In this document: piece by piece, positions 1-13,200 of the stretch | How the letters are laid out: every line of letters starts with the position of its first letter | How positions within the stretch are numbered: position 1 is the stretch's first letter | Source: Ginglymostoma cirratum | Taxonomy: Eukaryota | NCBI GenBank assembly: GCA_024137785.1 | Contig: JAHRHZ010000274.1 | Location: forward strand, 17,784,871 to 17,848,870 | Length of the DNA stretch: 64,000 nucleotides | Direction of reading: 5' to 3' | Position numbers and translations under genes: made by a program | Notes under the pieces: generated by a model | What the model saw: only the letters and a program-made list of their open reading frames with translations | What the model was told of the DNA's origin: nothing | The model's database searches: none

Positions 1-1469
1 ATTGTGCCAAAATCCAGTTTCTTTTACAGGCTAATGTAGATCAAAGTATTTTTCAATAGAATAATAAGGGATGTCTTTTCAAATAACTAGACAAACAGAT
101 AATCCTTTATTGTGTAGTCTCTGGGAGAAGCAATTTCTCATTAGCTTATCATATACCTTTCAATTAAGGAGCTTCCTTTGAAATTGTTTAGAACACGTAT
201 TGCTTTTAAAAGTATTAAAAAATATAAATGTATTAAAGCTATGGTCTGAATTTCACGGGGATTTTCCCACTCAGCTGCTGTTCTTCTAACATGTTCATGG
301 CTGTTGTAGTGAAGTTGCAGAATGAAGGGGAGAATCACTATTGAAATTCAATCCTTTATTTTTCTTCCAACTACTTTCAATGGACAAAAAGCCAAAATAC
401 CTTACAATCTACTATGTACATAATAAAATAATTATTACAAAGATGTACATTTAAGTCTTGTGATATGAAGCAAACATTCCAAATACTGGTGTTTGTAAAA
501 GGCTATTTAGATGGTCTGCTGACGATAAGAAGATATCTATAGTAGACCTAATCTTTTACAACATGGAACGAAAATGAAACAGTATCCATATAAATTGGCT
601 TCATGGCCATTGGTAACTTCCAAATTTCATTCAATTATCACCTGCATACAACACAATTACTTAGTGCTTTGAATCATAAGTTTTAGAGAGAAAAATTACC
701 TGCACCTCCTCAAATCTGGGGGTTATATTCATCCATTATGTATGCTTTTCCTCCCATGTGCTTTCTATAGATTTGTTTATTGCAAAAACTTCAGTTGAGA
801 TGGCATGCAATTATTTCACTTTGAAATCATCTATACAAAATGGATTAAAAATTAGTGAGGGTTCATTCGAAGCATTTATAATTCAAACCATGTGCTTACT
901 TGCATCGTAGATTGACATCTTGCAGTCCTGTGATGAGTAATGTTAAATGGGAGTGTGAATTTTGAGTGAGGAGATGTGATAGTGATATGACCAGAAGGGG
1001 TGTCTCCAAAGGACATAGAGGATCTCCAAAGGAGGTACCCACCCCTTGCTAAAGCTGTCAGGCTATCTATCCACTTAGCATAGGCCTCCATCTACCCTGG
1101 GTAAAATACCATCACGGACAGAAAAAGGTGCATAAGCGGCCATTAATTGGCCACCAAAGGGCCTCAATAAGCCCAAGGGTGGGTGGGACTTCCAACAGCT
1201 CTACAGTTCCCCTTCCCACATAATATGGAAAATAATTTGGGGTAGGTGGGCAAGACATACACTCTGCCTTTAAAATCACTGCCGGTGGAATTTAAAATTC
1301 CATCTTAGGCTCAATGCTACTGAAATATATTTATTATATGGTGGTATATGCACGTTACGTAGTGAAATACTGACATTATATATTGAGTGTGTACTTATAC
1401 ATCAGGCAAGAAAGAAAATATAGAAAACCCGGCATTTACATTGCTCCTACCAAAAATTTCAGCATACGC

Positions 1470-1705
1470 AAAGCTCTTTACAGCCAATAAAGTGCTTCTG
1501 AATGCATTCACTAAAGTAGGTAAAGCAGCAATCAATTTCTGTACACGGGCTCCTGCAAACTGCAAAGTGATAACAACAAGATAATTTTTTTAGTAATGTT
1601 GATTAAGGGATGATGATAACTCTCCTGCTCTTCAGAATGATGCTATGGGATCTTCTACATATACCTGAGGGCAAAATGGAGCTTTGGCTTAATGTTTTAT
1701 CTCAT
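1470..1705 (-). mobile_element. Degenerate SINE fragment (probably Deu-domain/SacSINE-like); related fragments at ~9850-9960 and ~50850-51140
   Basis: Shared motif gc(t/c)atgggatcttctacat...cctgag...gg(c/t)ttaa(t/c)...tctcatc in several dispersed copies. Family assignment is from memory. Confidence 0.45.
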
Positions 1706-4559
1706 TAATGTATGACTACAGAATGTTATATATATATTCAAAATGTAGGGGGAAATGGTATTCATGCTGAAAGTGGGCAAAAGAATTATTTAAATCCCAA
1801 CATCTCAAAGCATTTACATTGTGACTTTCAATAATCGGTTCTCCATTTTGAACTTCACAGACAATTTAGGAACAAACCACAAAGGGAGAGGCCTATATCA
1901 TAGTTGCCAAGGCAACTCAGTAAGTTCAATGATTAAAATAAATAATCTATGTTCTGAGCACTCTGAGTACTCAAGGTTCAGTTCCCAGCAGATAGCTTGC
2001 TTATTTTATCCAAAACAATTATGTAGGAATTAAGATTTGATTTCCATTCGCAGATTGAAGCTATTTTGTAGGTGATCAAAATTAAATAATAGAAATTAAT
2101 GCATGTTACTTTACACTGTGCTGTATGATGTAAAATGTATATTATAATCAAAGCTGATCATTCTAGACTAGATTAATCTTTTCTGGGCTAAATATAATAT
2201 CTGAAAAATCACAGGGTGACTGTGTGGTGCACAATACTGTCTCATAGGTCAAAGTGTCTTCACCATAATTGTGACGTACTGCCTTGTTCAGTGTCCTTGG
2301 ACATTGTTACCATAAAAATAATTGTTTTGATGCTATATATCTATTTTTGGCAACAAATGAAAAGAATTTCCTATACAGTAAGACACATTTTAAAGGATTT
2401 GGGGTGGAATTATTGACAAATAAATAAAATATCATTGAGTAATTAAGTTTTAATTCTTCTCAGAAACTTGCTCGAGGGAGTGACATTTTCACTTTGATTA
2501 CATATTAGGACAGCACATTAATCCATTTCTTTATTCAGTGTAAATATAACACATCTTCCATGAAGTTGCATATGAAGTCAAAACCAAGTGTTGTACTACA
2601 ATTAACCAGAGTTAGAGGATGGGTGGGTGAGGTATAACCGAACCTGCTGCACACAGATGTAATTCAGTCCCCATTTTAATGCCATAAAGTACAAAATTCA
2701 GATCCATAGTGCCCTTTATTTGGTTGCTACAAATTTCCTTAGAGGTCCATTTTATTTGCTGAGGGTGTCCACTCAGGTATGAGCCATTCAGAATCCCATA
2801 AAGGTCAAAGTGTTAGACAAGGCAAAATGAAAATCTACTGCTAGTATATAGAGCTGGTAGATCTTGATTTCAATCTGTGTGTAATGTTGTTCTGGCTTAA
2901 GACGTGCTATTTTGGAGATCTAGACCCCAACCAATAACGTCTCTTAATCCCCTCACAGCTGAACATTTGTTTAACAGCAGGAAGGATATCCTAAAAGTTA
3001 TTGTTAAAAGGATCATAATTACTTTCAATTTAATTGCTGATTGATTTCAACTAGCTGTTGCTGCAATTGTGCAAGTATTTGATGATTTCCAGAGCTCGTT
3101 AAAGATGTTAAAGAGCAGAGAGAGTGGTATGTGTTGAAAGATTTTGTCCTAACTTCAAAGTTCTTGCACAAATCAGTTTCTATCTGCTATGGTTGGAATT
3201 AAAAATATGTTCCTTGCATGACGGTGTAACTAGGTGAATGGGCAAAAAGAGTGCAGAGTGGGGCAGGAGGACGAGGAGATTAGGTTCTTAGCAAGAAACC
3301 ATATTAAGGGAGCATTCTCCCAGCTGAGCATTAACAAAGAACAGTGAGAAATCTGAGATGTCTGCATTTGACAAAAGAAATTAGCTGTGGTGGATTGGCC
3401 ATGGGAAATGCAGGATTACAGGGATAGGGTAGGGAATGGTTCTGGGTGGGATGCTGTTAAGAGGGTTGGTATGGACTCAATGGCCTGAATGGCCTACTTC
3501 CAAACTGTAGGATTCTATGATTCTAAACGATTCAGTAAAATCTGCCACATGCAGCTTCAGAATAAAGCAAGGATCACATTACTAGTGGCTGTAAAACTGA
3601 TCATGACAATGAACTTCTTTAATTAGAGCTTCTTCCACTTTGTAGTTGGAGGTATTGTTACATTTCGCAATGTGACATCCACATGCTTACTATGGGAGTT
3701 TACTGATTACATCATTACATTTTTGTTCTGCTTGCCAGACAGCAGCAGGAAGAAAAAACAAGTAGCTTTGCAAGTATGTCAGGCTACTCCGGTGTAAAGA
3801 ATCATACATCACTTTGTGCATGCTGCACGTGTACTCTGAGATCTATTGGAACTGAAAAGGATTATACTTCCTCATCTGTCATGTGACCATACGGAGAGAC
3901 TGTAGGTCAATGCACAGTATGCTGGGCCATCCATCTGTCATTGAGCCATCAATCGAGGGCCGAAGGGCCTGTATGGCGCTGTAATGTTCTATGGTAGACC
4001 GAAGAATGTTTTTTCCCTAACAAAAGCAATCCATTGATGACATGGCTCATGGTTCCAGTGTGCAACTCACAAGCATACAGGTCTGCAGCATGCTTGCAAT
4101 GAAAGCTATCCATTGGAGGAGAGCATTGACATGCTGAAACAACATTTGTTGCTCTGGAAGACCCCTACAGTACTCAAAAGGAAGGACCCAACATTTACAG
4201 CGGCCTGCATCTGCACAATTTGCTCCACCTTCTGTAGGTTAACATTAATACATGCCACCCTCTCTTGATTTTGTGTCCCCTCATAAGTCAAGCAGCCACT
4301 TGACAGGGACGTAGGCACTGACTGCACATCTACTGATACTTTAGAAGTTAGAATAGAGGAAAGATTGGAACATGCTGAGGTGCAAGTATGCAGGAGCCAG
4401 AGCAAAAGGAAAGAATTGAACAGATGGCAGCTTACCAGAGGGTGAGATTGAACATTCATTAGGCTACAGAGAGCCTCATTACTGAGGTGCCAAATTATTT
4501 CCTCTTCTCACCACCTCCCTCTCCATCTATGGGAGTGGGGACAGGGTAATTCTGCTTAA

Positions 4560-4870
4560 ATTTGAAATGGATAATTAAAACCTAAGAAATAGGAAATAAG
4601 AGTAAGAGTATGTAATTTGCTCAAATGAACCTGTTCTGCCATTCAATAAAGTCATGGCTAATCTGATTATGGCCTTGACTCCATTTTTCTGCCTGTGCCA
4701 ACCCCAACCCCAACCCCAAAAGAGAGTAATCCTTGATCCATGTAGTTCACAAATCTGATAAACTCGGTCTTCAATATATTTAATGAACCAGCCTCCATTA
4801 TTCTCTGGGAAGCAGAATTTCAAAGAAGATTAGCAATGATCTGATTGAACAGTGAAGTAAGATTGAGGGG
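4560..4870 (-). mobile_element. CR1 LINE 3' end fragment
   Basis: Reverse-strand match to the CR1 3' tails seen elsewhere in the window (e.g. 19060-19240, 45130-45455). Confidence 0.55.
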
Positions 4871-6694
4871 CCTTTTATATCTCCCCATCTATGGCTTCTG
4901 TTTGATTGTTATTCTGCTCCTGTTTCTTCTTGTCTGATAGTTGTGGTAAGAAATGTTCCCTCGTAATCGTGACGTTGTTTGGCATGTAGAAAATTACTCC
5001 AAAGTTTGAAATCCACTTAGGTGAGTATTGCAAAGCTCCACCTCTTGATTCAGATTTGGATTAAAACTGATTCAAATTCAGAATGATTCAGGTCTAGATT
5101 CAGAGTCAAACCAGCAGCGGAAGCATTGCTGAGGATAGCAGAATGTTCTATAATGTTTCTTGTGTCATGGCTCTCACTGTTGATCCTATGTACTTGTGTG
5201 TGGTTTTCAGACAGGAGTCATCAGTCACTCATGTAGATAATACTTTTTGCTGAGTAGTCTACCTTTGACTTGTTGTGGTGTGTCAAACACAGTGGCACAA
5301 AGCGCTGCAGCAGAACGGTCACTGCTGTTAATATGGGAAGTATTTACTTACATAATGCACTGCCTGTGGTTACGTACCAGTTTCATATTGAGGAAGTGGA
5401 ATCCTTCTTCATGCAGCTGGTCACCCATATGCAAACCTTGTCACCCAGATGGTACTTCGCACACTTTACATTGGAACTGCATTGACATCTTGGAATGGTA
5501 CCAATGTAGCATCCAATAGTGGGTGCTATGTTACTCAGTTTAGCCATTAAGTTATCATCTATTAAGGTCTGAAGGGATTCCTGAGATCCAATAGAACAAA
5601 AGAAAGGGTGATGGATAAATTAATTGAGTGAGAATTGATTGTTTGAATATTGGGAGCTAATAATCAGTACTGTTGAGTTTTATGGAGCATGTTTAACAGA
5701 AGTAAAAGTGTGGACTCTGTTCAAAAACATTTATCTTCTGGCGTATATCCATGGTAGCACAGGAGTCAAAATGAAAAGTTTAGAAAAGTGAAAAGATTAC
5801 CCATCTCTGTTTTCTGAGAGTGAGTCTTATGACAAATGGAAGAATGAAGTAATTATTTAGATCAGGGCTACTTCTTTACCAAAATCAAAAAGGCATGGTT
5901 TAGCTACCATATAGAAGCAAAATCAATGGAATTGAAGTCTGATGATTTGAATGCCGATTGAATGTTTGATAAAATGTACCAAAAATATGGTTTACAGATT
6001 GTTTATGAAGTGTTCTTGGATTTTGAAATATTTAGAAAGACTGAGGATAGTATCATGCAAGAGTATATAATGGAATTCCATAGATTGTTTACAAGACTGC
6101 AAAAATAACATTCGGAATTTCCCCAATCTTTGCTGACATTTGAGTTTTTGGACAGTGTCGAAGTATCAAGTATGGACAGACTTCTAACTTTGATGGCAGT
6201 TAAATTTGCAGATAAACAAATTGCTAGAATAAATGTAGGAAACATTAGAAAAATCCTAGGAAAACACTCCTTTCCAGAAGTATTTGTAGCATGAGGGTGG
6301 CAATCAGGATGAAGACAAAAAAATGGAGGACATAACGTTAATAAATTGGCAAGATTGTCTAGATATGAATTTTAGGCGATAGTATGAAAGGATAACTGTA
6401 ATAGAAATGAGGACAGAAATGCTATTGATAATTTTGAGAAGCAAAGAAAATTTGGGATCTACAGTAAGAGACTGAACCTCAGAAATGCCCATGGTGTAGA
6501 CCAGCGATATTCCAGGTTAGAGTCAAAGTACCATTAAGTCATGAATGATCCCAAATACTGCAACTGTGTATTACCTGTCTATTAACTGTGTACTAAACAT
6601 GAAATGGAAGGTTAAAAACATGATGAAGATACAGATCAAAAGAGGGCATTGTGTTGGTCACAAAGATCTTCAGCCCAGTGATGAATAATTTGGT

Positions 6695-6871
6695 ACAAAA
6701 ACAAAGTTGCTGGAAAAGGTCAGACCTGCTGAGTTCTGAGGAAGGGTCGCCGGACCCGAAACGTTAACTCTGTGTTTTCCTTCACAGATGCTGCCAGACC
6801 TGCTGAGCTTTTCCAGAAAATTTGTTTTTGTTCCTGATTTATAGCATTCGCAGTTCTTTTGGTTTTTACTT
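6695..6871 (+). mobile_element. 177-bp Penelope-derived mini element with inverted ends and a hammerhead core, inserted in the Copia relic
   Basis: 14-bp TSD ATGAATAATTTGGT (6681-6694 and 6872-6885). 6695-6723 is an imperfect inverted copy of ~6802-6831. Hammerhead core at 6736-6765. Confidence 0.8.
6731..6770 (+). ncRNA. Minimal type I hammerhead ribozyme motif (PLE-associated)
   Basis: GAGTT-CTGAGGA-A-GGGTC(GCCG)GACCC-GAAAC-GTT^AACTC: stem I GAGTT/AACTC, 5-bp stem II, conserved CUGANGA and GAAA boxes, palindromic AACGTT in place of stem III. Confidence 0.7.
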
Positions 6872-8916
6872 ATGAATAATTTGGTGACAGAGACTTACGA
6901 TTGTGCTGTATGAGATAGCAGTTTCATGTCTACAGTGTGTGCAACAGACTGGCTAAAATGCTACCTTCACTTTATGAGCAATAAGGATCTGGTCAAACTT
7001 AAGGAATTTATGAGTTCAGATTTGGGGATGATAACGCACCAAAATCTTTGAAAAGTGATCATTCCTTGTAAAATAACCAGAATCAATCATTTGTTTAGCA
7101 CATGTATGTAGTGTTCAGTGAAATACCATTGTTATTAAATAGGTCATCACTGAAGAAAGCACAGATGATTTATCTACTAAAGAAATTTAAAGAGGTTGTA
7201 TTGACATTGATGTGGAAATTTAAAAGTCAAAAGTCAATTATGTTAAAGTTACATGGGCAATTTGCCTCCCCATCCTTGTAAAATGCTAAATTTTCATAAA
7301 AGATGCAGGACTGAGGGATGGGGAGTGCAATAGATTTGAGATTTATAAGAAAAACTGAAGCACAATGTCATGGTTTGTAGTAGTCTGCCCTTAGCAAGAG
7401 ATTTCAAAGAGATAGTGGCTCTGGATTTAAAGGTGAAGGATAAAGGAAAAAGAAACAGTTTTCCTTTACATTTTGTAGATTTGGCAACCAGATTTTCAGT
7501 CAACAACAACAATAGTAAACAGTTAAAAATAATTACGGCTAAGGTAATGCAAAGGACTACATTTGGACCACCAGCAAAATCTTTCACTGATAATGGGGTA
7601 AATTTCCTCACAGTGAATTTAGATATATGCTTACAAATATGAACATTAATAGTTGTGCATATGGCAGCAGAAATTCCCTTTTAGCATTACATCGTCACCA
7701 CTTGTGGGAGGGTGTACTTGCAGTGGAGTGAAATTGTTCTATTGTAAATGTAATATACTTATTTATAATGAGGAAAACAATGACACTAAAATATGACAAA
7801 GAGAACTGAAAATAAAGCTTTGTTGACTGGACAGGATATCATAGACAGGACTTAAGTATATTATGGACATGATTCATTGTTCAATATGTTTATTTGGGCA
7901 CCGCTCAGAAAAAATTATAAGCATGCTCTTTCAACATACTTTTAAGCTTGAGTACAAACAACAACAACGGAAATCTCTTATGCCTATACATTTCAGTGTC
8001 TGGCATATATTATGAAAGAGGATTCAGCAATCATAAATGTCACATTAGCTACAATTTTTCTAAGGTTGTGATGAGATTCTTTTCAAGTGTCAACAAACTT
8101 TTATTTTAAAAAACAGAATAAACAAATTGATTTCCACCAACTAATACTGTGGAAGGACATAACCCAAGATTGTTTGTTTGACATCATGGCTTAATCAAAA
8201 AATATCCTATAGTCAACAACACAAGAACAGATTATTTGATTATTATCACATTGCTATTTGTGGGAGCTTGCAGTGTGTAATTTGGCTATTGAGTTTCCTA
8301 CATTACAACAGTGACTTTGCTTCGAAAATACTTCAGTGCTTCATGATATGCAGGGATCGCAATAAGAGTTTCATTATCATCACTCTTATTTATAGTCATG
8401 GCTGTGAGCTGAAACTGACCCACTGATTTTGAACTTAATTGTTCTACGTGTTGGAGCTTTTTCCATTGAATGTCAGTTTATTCCTCAGAGAAGATAACTG
8501 TAGAAACATGCTTCAGACATTTGCTCACTTCCAGTTGGCTTGTTTCAAGCATTTTAATGACATTCTAATGAATGTGGTGCATATCTATATTTTAAAAATA
8601 CCAGACATGTGACTATCATAATAAGCGATAGGCTAATCAAAACAACAAATAATCAGCAAATTCTAAAATCACAATTTAGTCCAATTCTTGAAGTTGAAAA
8701 CAAAATGAAAAATCTTAAATGACTAAATAATTATCAAGCAAAAGATAGAGGATCTACTATTGTTACAGGCACATTATTGCTGTACATTCTCATGGAAACA
8801 AGAATCAACAAGGAGAAAAATTCCTTTTACGCGTGAATACTTAAGATTTGAAATTCACTTCCGGACAGGGGAATGGATACAAAATCATTGCCTTCAAAAG
8901 AGAATTTGATAAATAA

Positions 8917-9090
8917 AGTGATCTTTATCACTGATAACTGATTCTCAGGATTTAAGCATGAATAAAGAAGAATCATATCACCAATTGAATTATTAAAGAG
9001 AAGAACTCTCTAAAGTAATCCTGCCAAATCTTTTGTAGAATTTTAATTTCTTTTTAAAATGTGCCATCAAGGAACATTAAATTAGGATTT
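8917..9090 (+). repeat. Diverged direct repeat, copy 1 (copy 2 at 10093-10259)
   Basis: Collinear blocks: tcactgat...gattc...catgaataa...tgaattatt...ctaaagtaatcct...aaggaacatt...taggat. Confidence 0.75.
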
Positions 9091-10092
9091 AACAACTGAA
9101 CACCCATAAGAAAAGTACTTTTATCCAAAGTCTCCATGTATTTGAGTACTCATAATTACGATGTGATTTGAAAGAGAACAAAATTATAGGAATCTGGGGC
9201 CGGAATAGAAGAGAGATTCTAACTGGACTGTTTTTCTAAAGTGCTGACACAGACTTACTGGACCAAATGGCTTCGTTCTGTGCTGTCAGATTCTATGATT
9301 CTGTACCTCATAGTGAAAAGGAAGGTGTGAATCTTTGGGGATGAGAGAACATAAGGATATTCCCTTGCTAGTTCTACTTTATGATCATTATGTTCCAGTT
9401 TCAATTAATTTGAGAATGCAAGGCCAGAGAACAGAAAAACGATTCCAAATTTAGAGACCATTTAGCTACAAAGCAGGAAATATATTAAAACTCGGTTTTA
9501 ATATATTTAATGAAGGTTAGTGTTCTATCATGTCAGTTTTCATGACAAGTCTTGCAAGTTTAACAATCTACAATGTTAGTCATAACTTTGCTTCATTATA
9601 ATGTGATCTTTTTAAAAAATCAATGTTACATATGCAAAAATCTAAAGGGTAAGAACATTGAATGCAGCTGCAAGACAAAAATTTTGAGTGAATTGGAAGA
9701 TCAGTTGATTTATTGACGCTAGTCCTTTGGATGGGTTATTTTGCAATTTTTGCACAGCACTGAGATGACTTGAGACACTTTATCCTCAGAACTAAAGATC
9801 TGGGGTGGACAGGGGGTGAAACTCTTTGAAAAATGTCATATTATTTTTATGTCTAACTGAACAAGTAGATATAGTTTTGGTTTAACATCTCATCCAACTA
9901 GCAATAAAACTCTTTTTCCTTTAAAACTGCAGCAAGTTTCAGCTTAGATTATGTACTTAACCATGGAGCTTAGTAAATAAGCATAACTTTTCCATTTTAC
10001 ACAGAATTTCTGAAAGGATTTTGTAAAATATTGTGTCATATAACCTACCTATATTTATGCAGGGTATTAAACTACTTCTGTTATTTGCATGC

Positions 10093-10259
10093 AGTGACAT
10101 TTGTCACTGATCAGTGATTCCAAGGCTTCGAACATGAATAATGAAAAACTAGATCACTAACTGAATTATTCTAGAGAACTTTTCTAAAGTAATCCTACTA
10201 ATAATTTTACAGTATTTTACACCTATTCAAATGTACTAATAAGGAACATTTTAGGATAT
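10093..10259 (+). repeat. Diverged direct repeat, copy 2
   Basis: Same blocks as 8917-9090; starts with an 8-bp hairpin CAGTGACA-TT-TGTCACTG. Confidence 0.75.
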
Positions 10260-13200
10260 GATCATTCACCTTTTCGACGGGAAATACCTTTTCACAGTAT
10301 GTTATCAGAAAAAGTAAAGTGATAACATTGACTACAATGTAGTTGTAGAAAGCTGTAAGAATTGTAAACAAATGTTAACACTTACAAATTATAATGAAAT
10401 AGCCGATGGTACTTTGAGTAGTTAGTCTCTCACAAGTCCCAAAACTTCACTCATGAAATTACCCAATTATTATAACAGCATCCAGGATGATTTTCCCTTT
10501 TCCTGATTTTCTATTCTTTTGAGTGTCAAAAGGCTAAGTTTGACTTCTCCCATAGCAACAATACTGATTAATATGGCAGATGCTCCTGTGACTTAGATGG
10601 CTGCTTGTTCAGCAACCAAATTAAAAATGGTTTACAGTCTTGGTGTTGATGTCATTTCACGTGTGACAACAGACTAAGTCTCGATTTGCAAAGCAGTTTG
10701 CAATTATTAACATTCAGAGAATTATTATCGCAAACTTATTATCTACATCACAAAGTTCTGGTGTGGTTTAGCACCATGCCATTCTGTTCATCTGATTCAA
10801 AGTATGTTTTTTACTGTTTTAAGCTTCAATGTATCTTGCACAGGGTACTCTATATTATTGTCTGAGCAAGATGGCATTCAAGTAACATGTTCCTAGAGCC
10901 TTCCACTATTTAAATAAATCTGATTACAGGATGTGGTACAGAGTACCATTGCAAATCTCAAGCTCTAATATTTGAACTATGACTAGAGAGGTTGCTCTAT
11001 ACAACTCCTGCTAAAACAGCCACGTCAGAAACTGAATACAGAAATGACCTTCAATGTGTAGCACAGAACTCTGCTATACCTGTTTATTGTACTACGTGTT
11101 TCTGAACTAACCAATCATTCAGCAAAGTAATAAAACAAATTGCATTTATTTTTAAATTCTAGCAACTCGGGTATCACTTTTAATCACAGAATAAGCACTT
11201 GAGGGATTCTGAGGTCACATGTGTTATAGCAGAATAAATTCTCTACTGACTTTAATCTAAAGATCATTTACAGATTGCAGTAGATTGTGCCAACACTAAT
11301 TTGAGTAAATCTTTGGGAAAACCTACATATCTGCAATATCAACATGTTCATCTGAAGATTACAATGAAAACATTTATTTTAATCTAATCCTATTCTATAC
11401 TTTACGCTGATTAAGTGTTTCAGGCACCAAAAAATGCTATTTGTTTCCCCTTCCTATTCATATTTATTGAACAACTGTTTCTTCAAAACACATACACCAA
11501 TAAAATGAATACAAAATGAAATAAATTGAAATCATATAGCCCCTCAGGGTATTCTAAAACTTTGCAGCCAATGAAGTACTTTTGAAGTGTAATGACTGTT
11601 ATAACATAGGACACTACAGCCTATATCAATTTGACCTCTCTCATCTCTCTTGGTTTATGTTGTCCCACGTTCTTTCCAAATATACACAGTTACTTCAATT
11701 TACCATTAACAGCATTTTATTGACTCTAGTTTAAAAGTTACAGTATTATTGCTGCATAATTAGCATTACAGCTAGGAATTTATAACTTTGTGGTTATTGA
11801 TTGGATTATGGAAAAATTCATAATTTTTGTGGGGTTTTCAATTCATAGTATAATACTGATCACAACTACTAAAGAACACAGCATATTAACTACAAGGTCA
11901 TTGTGACAATTAATGTATGATTACTTCTGATATTAATATTGCCTTCCTAACCTCTGATTTTCACAAGTTTCCTGATTCTTTTGAGCATGAACTCAACTTG
12001 TCTCCAGTGTTAGGATCATGAATAGTCTGTAAGCGGAACTTCGGGAAATAAACCCACATATATCTTCTCTGATAAAGTATGTCAACCAGGCAGCCAGTGG
12101 AACTAATTGATATGTGTTTTGAAGTGTTCATAGAATTTTAAATACATTTTGGAAGCATTAATACTACTACTAGCAGCTAACATTTAACTACTTGCATTTT
12201 GTAGCACTTATAATATAGGAAAAGGTCCCAAATGCTTCACAGGAGCTCGATAAAACATGAGGCCAAGCCAAAGAAGGAATTACAAGGATGGGTGGCCAAA
12301 TTCAAATAATGATGCAGAAATAGAGAAGAGAACCTATTGCAGAAGATTCAACTAGTACAGTCCAATGGACTAATTGGTATAAGGGGTTGAGCAGAACAGG
12401 ATAGAGCTTGGCAAAATTAGTCTCCAGCATATGTGCCATGTGGGAAAGTTGGTGAAAGAAGAGGATACAGCACTTGGATTTTTGCATCTGAGGAGGTAGG
12501 GATGAGTGCCTCGGAGGACTCTTAGAAATTTGAGAAGAGGCATAGGCAGAAGTACTTATCTAAAAGGAGTAAAACTTGAGATCAGCACAAAAACAGAAGG
12601 TTATAAGAGAAGTAAAAGGGTGCACCATGGATTTAGATTTGGCAAAGTACCTGAGACGGGAGAAATGAAAGGAGGCATGACTCGACAATAGAAAGGAAAG
12701 GGAATAGAAGGGCAGTGTCCAAGAAAGGTAAAGAGAAATACAAAAGGAAAGATGGAAATAATAGGTTCAGATTCAAGGAGGCAGATGAAATATACATGTA
12801 AATAAACACAGAGAAAATTCAGTTACAATGGGTATGGTAACAATGTGGATGCATATGTCCTCATTGTAAATGGAGGGTGGGAAGGAGACAAGTAAGACTG
12901 CAAAAGAATGCACTAGCAGGTCAGCTTTGAAAAGGACAGCACATCCATAAAATGATGTTGATCTACATAATCAATATGGTCTCTATATTGATACCAACTC
13001 AATAGCACACCGTTTTACTAATTTAAAACCACTAGTGAATGCCTCAGGCTCTAAGTGGTTATCATATCTAGTTTGACTAAATAATTGACAATAATGTTTA
13101 AGGGAAAATATTCAAAATGGAAGTATTTTAGTTTATAAGAGTGATTTCTTTTAAAGAGTCATTTTCATTATTTAATTTTGGTAAGATAATCATACGGCCT

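Larger units (their letters stand above)
5752..7700 (+). mobile_element. Decayed Ty1/Copia (GalEa-like) LTR retrotransposon internal region: PBS, gag, protease, integrase
   Basis: tRNA-iMet-like PBS TGGTAGCACAGGA (5752-5764). gag-like SYDKWKNEV (~5825). Protease-like AV*DSSFMSTVCATDWL (~6905). Integrase Zn-finger-like KLHGQFASPS (~7246). Integrase core LPLARDFKEIVALDLK...LHFVDLATRFS...FTDNG (ORF 7370..7642). PR-before-INT order is Copia-type. Many stops and frameshifts; no LTR or RT found. Confidence 0.7.

Noticed and set aside
141-338. Minus-strand ORF with LILLKAIRVL resembling the AMH pro-domain motif LLLLKAL
   Set aside because: No downstream cleavage site or TGF-beta cysteine pattern in any frame; chance similarity.
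697-766. Minus-strand segment bounded by AG and CAG|GTAATT as a coding exon
   Set aside because: All three frames contain stops, and the only frame open at the donor is out of phase with the candidate exon at 238-300.
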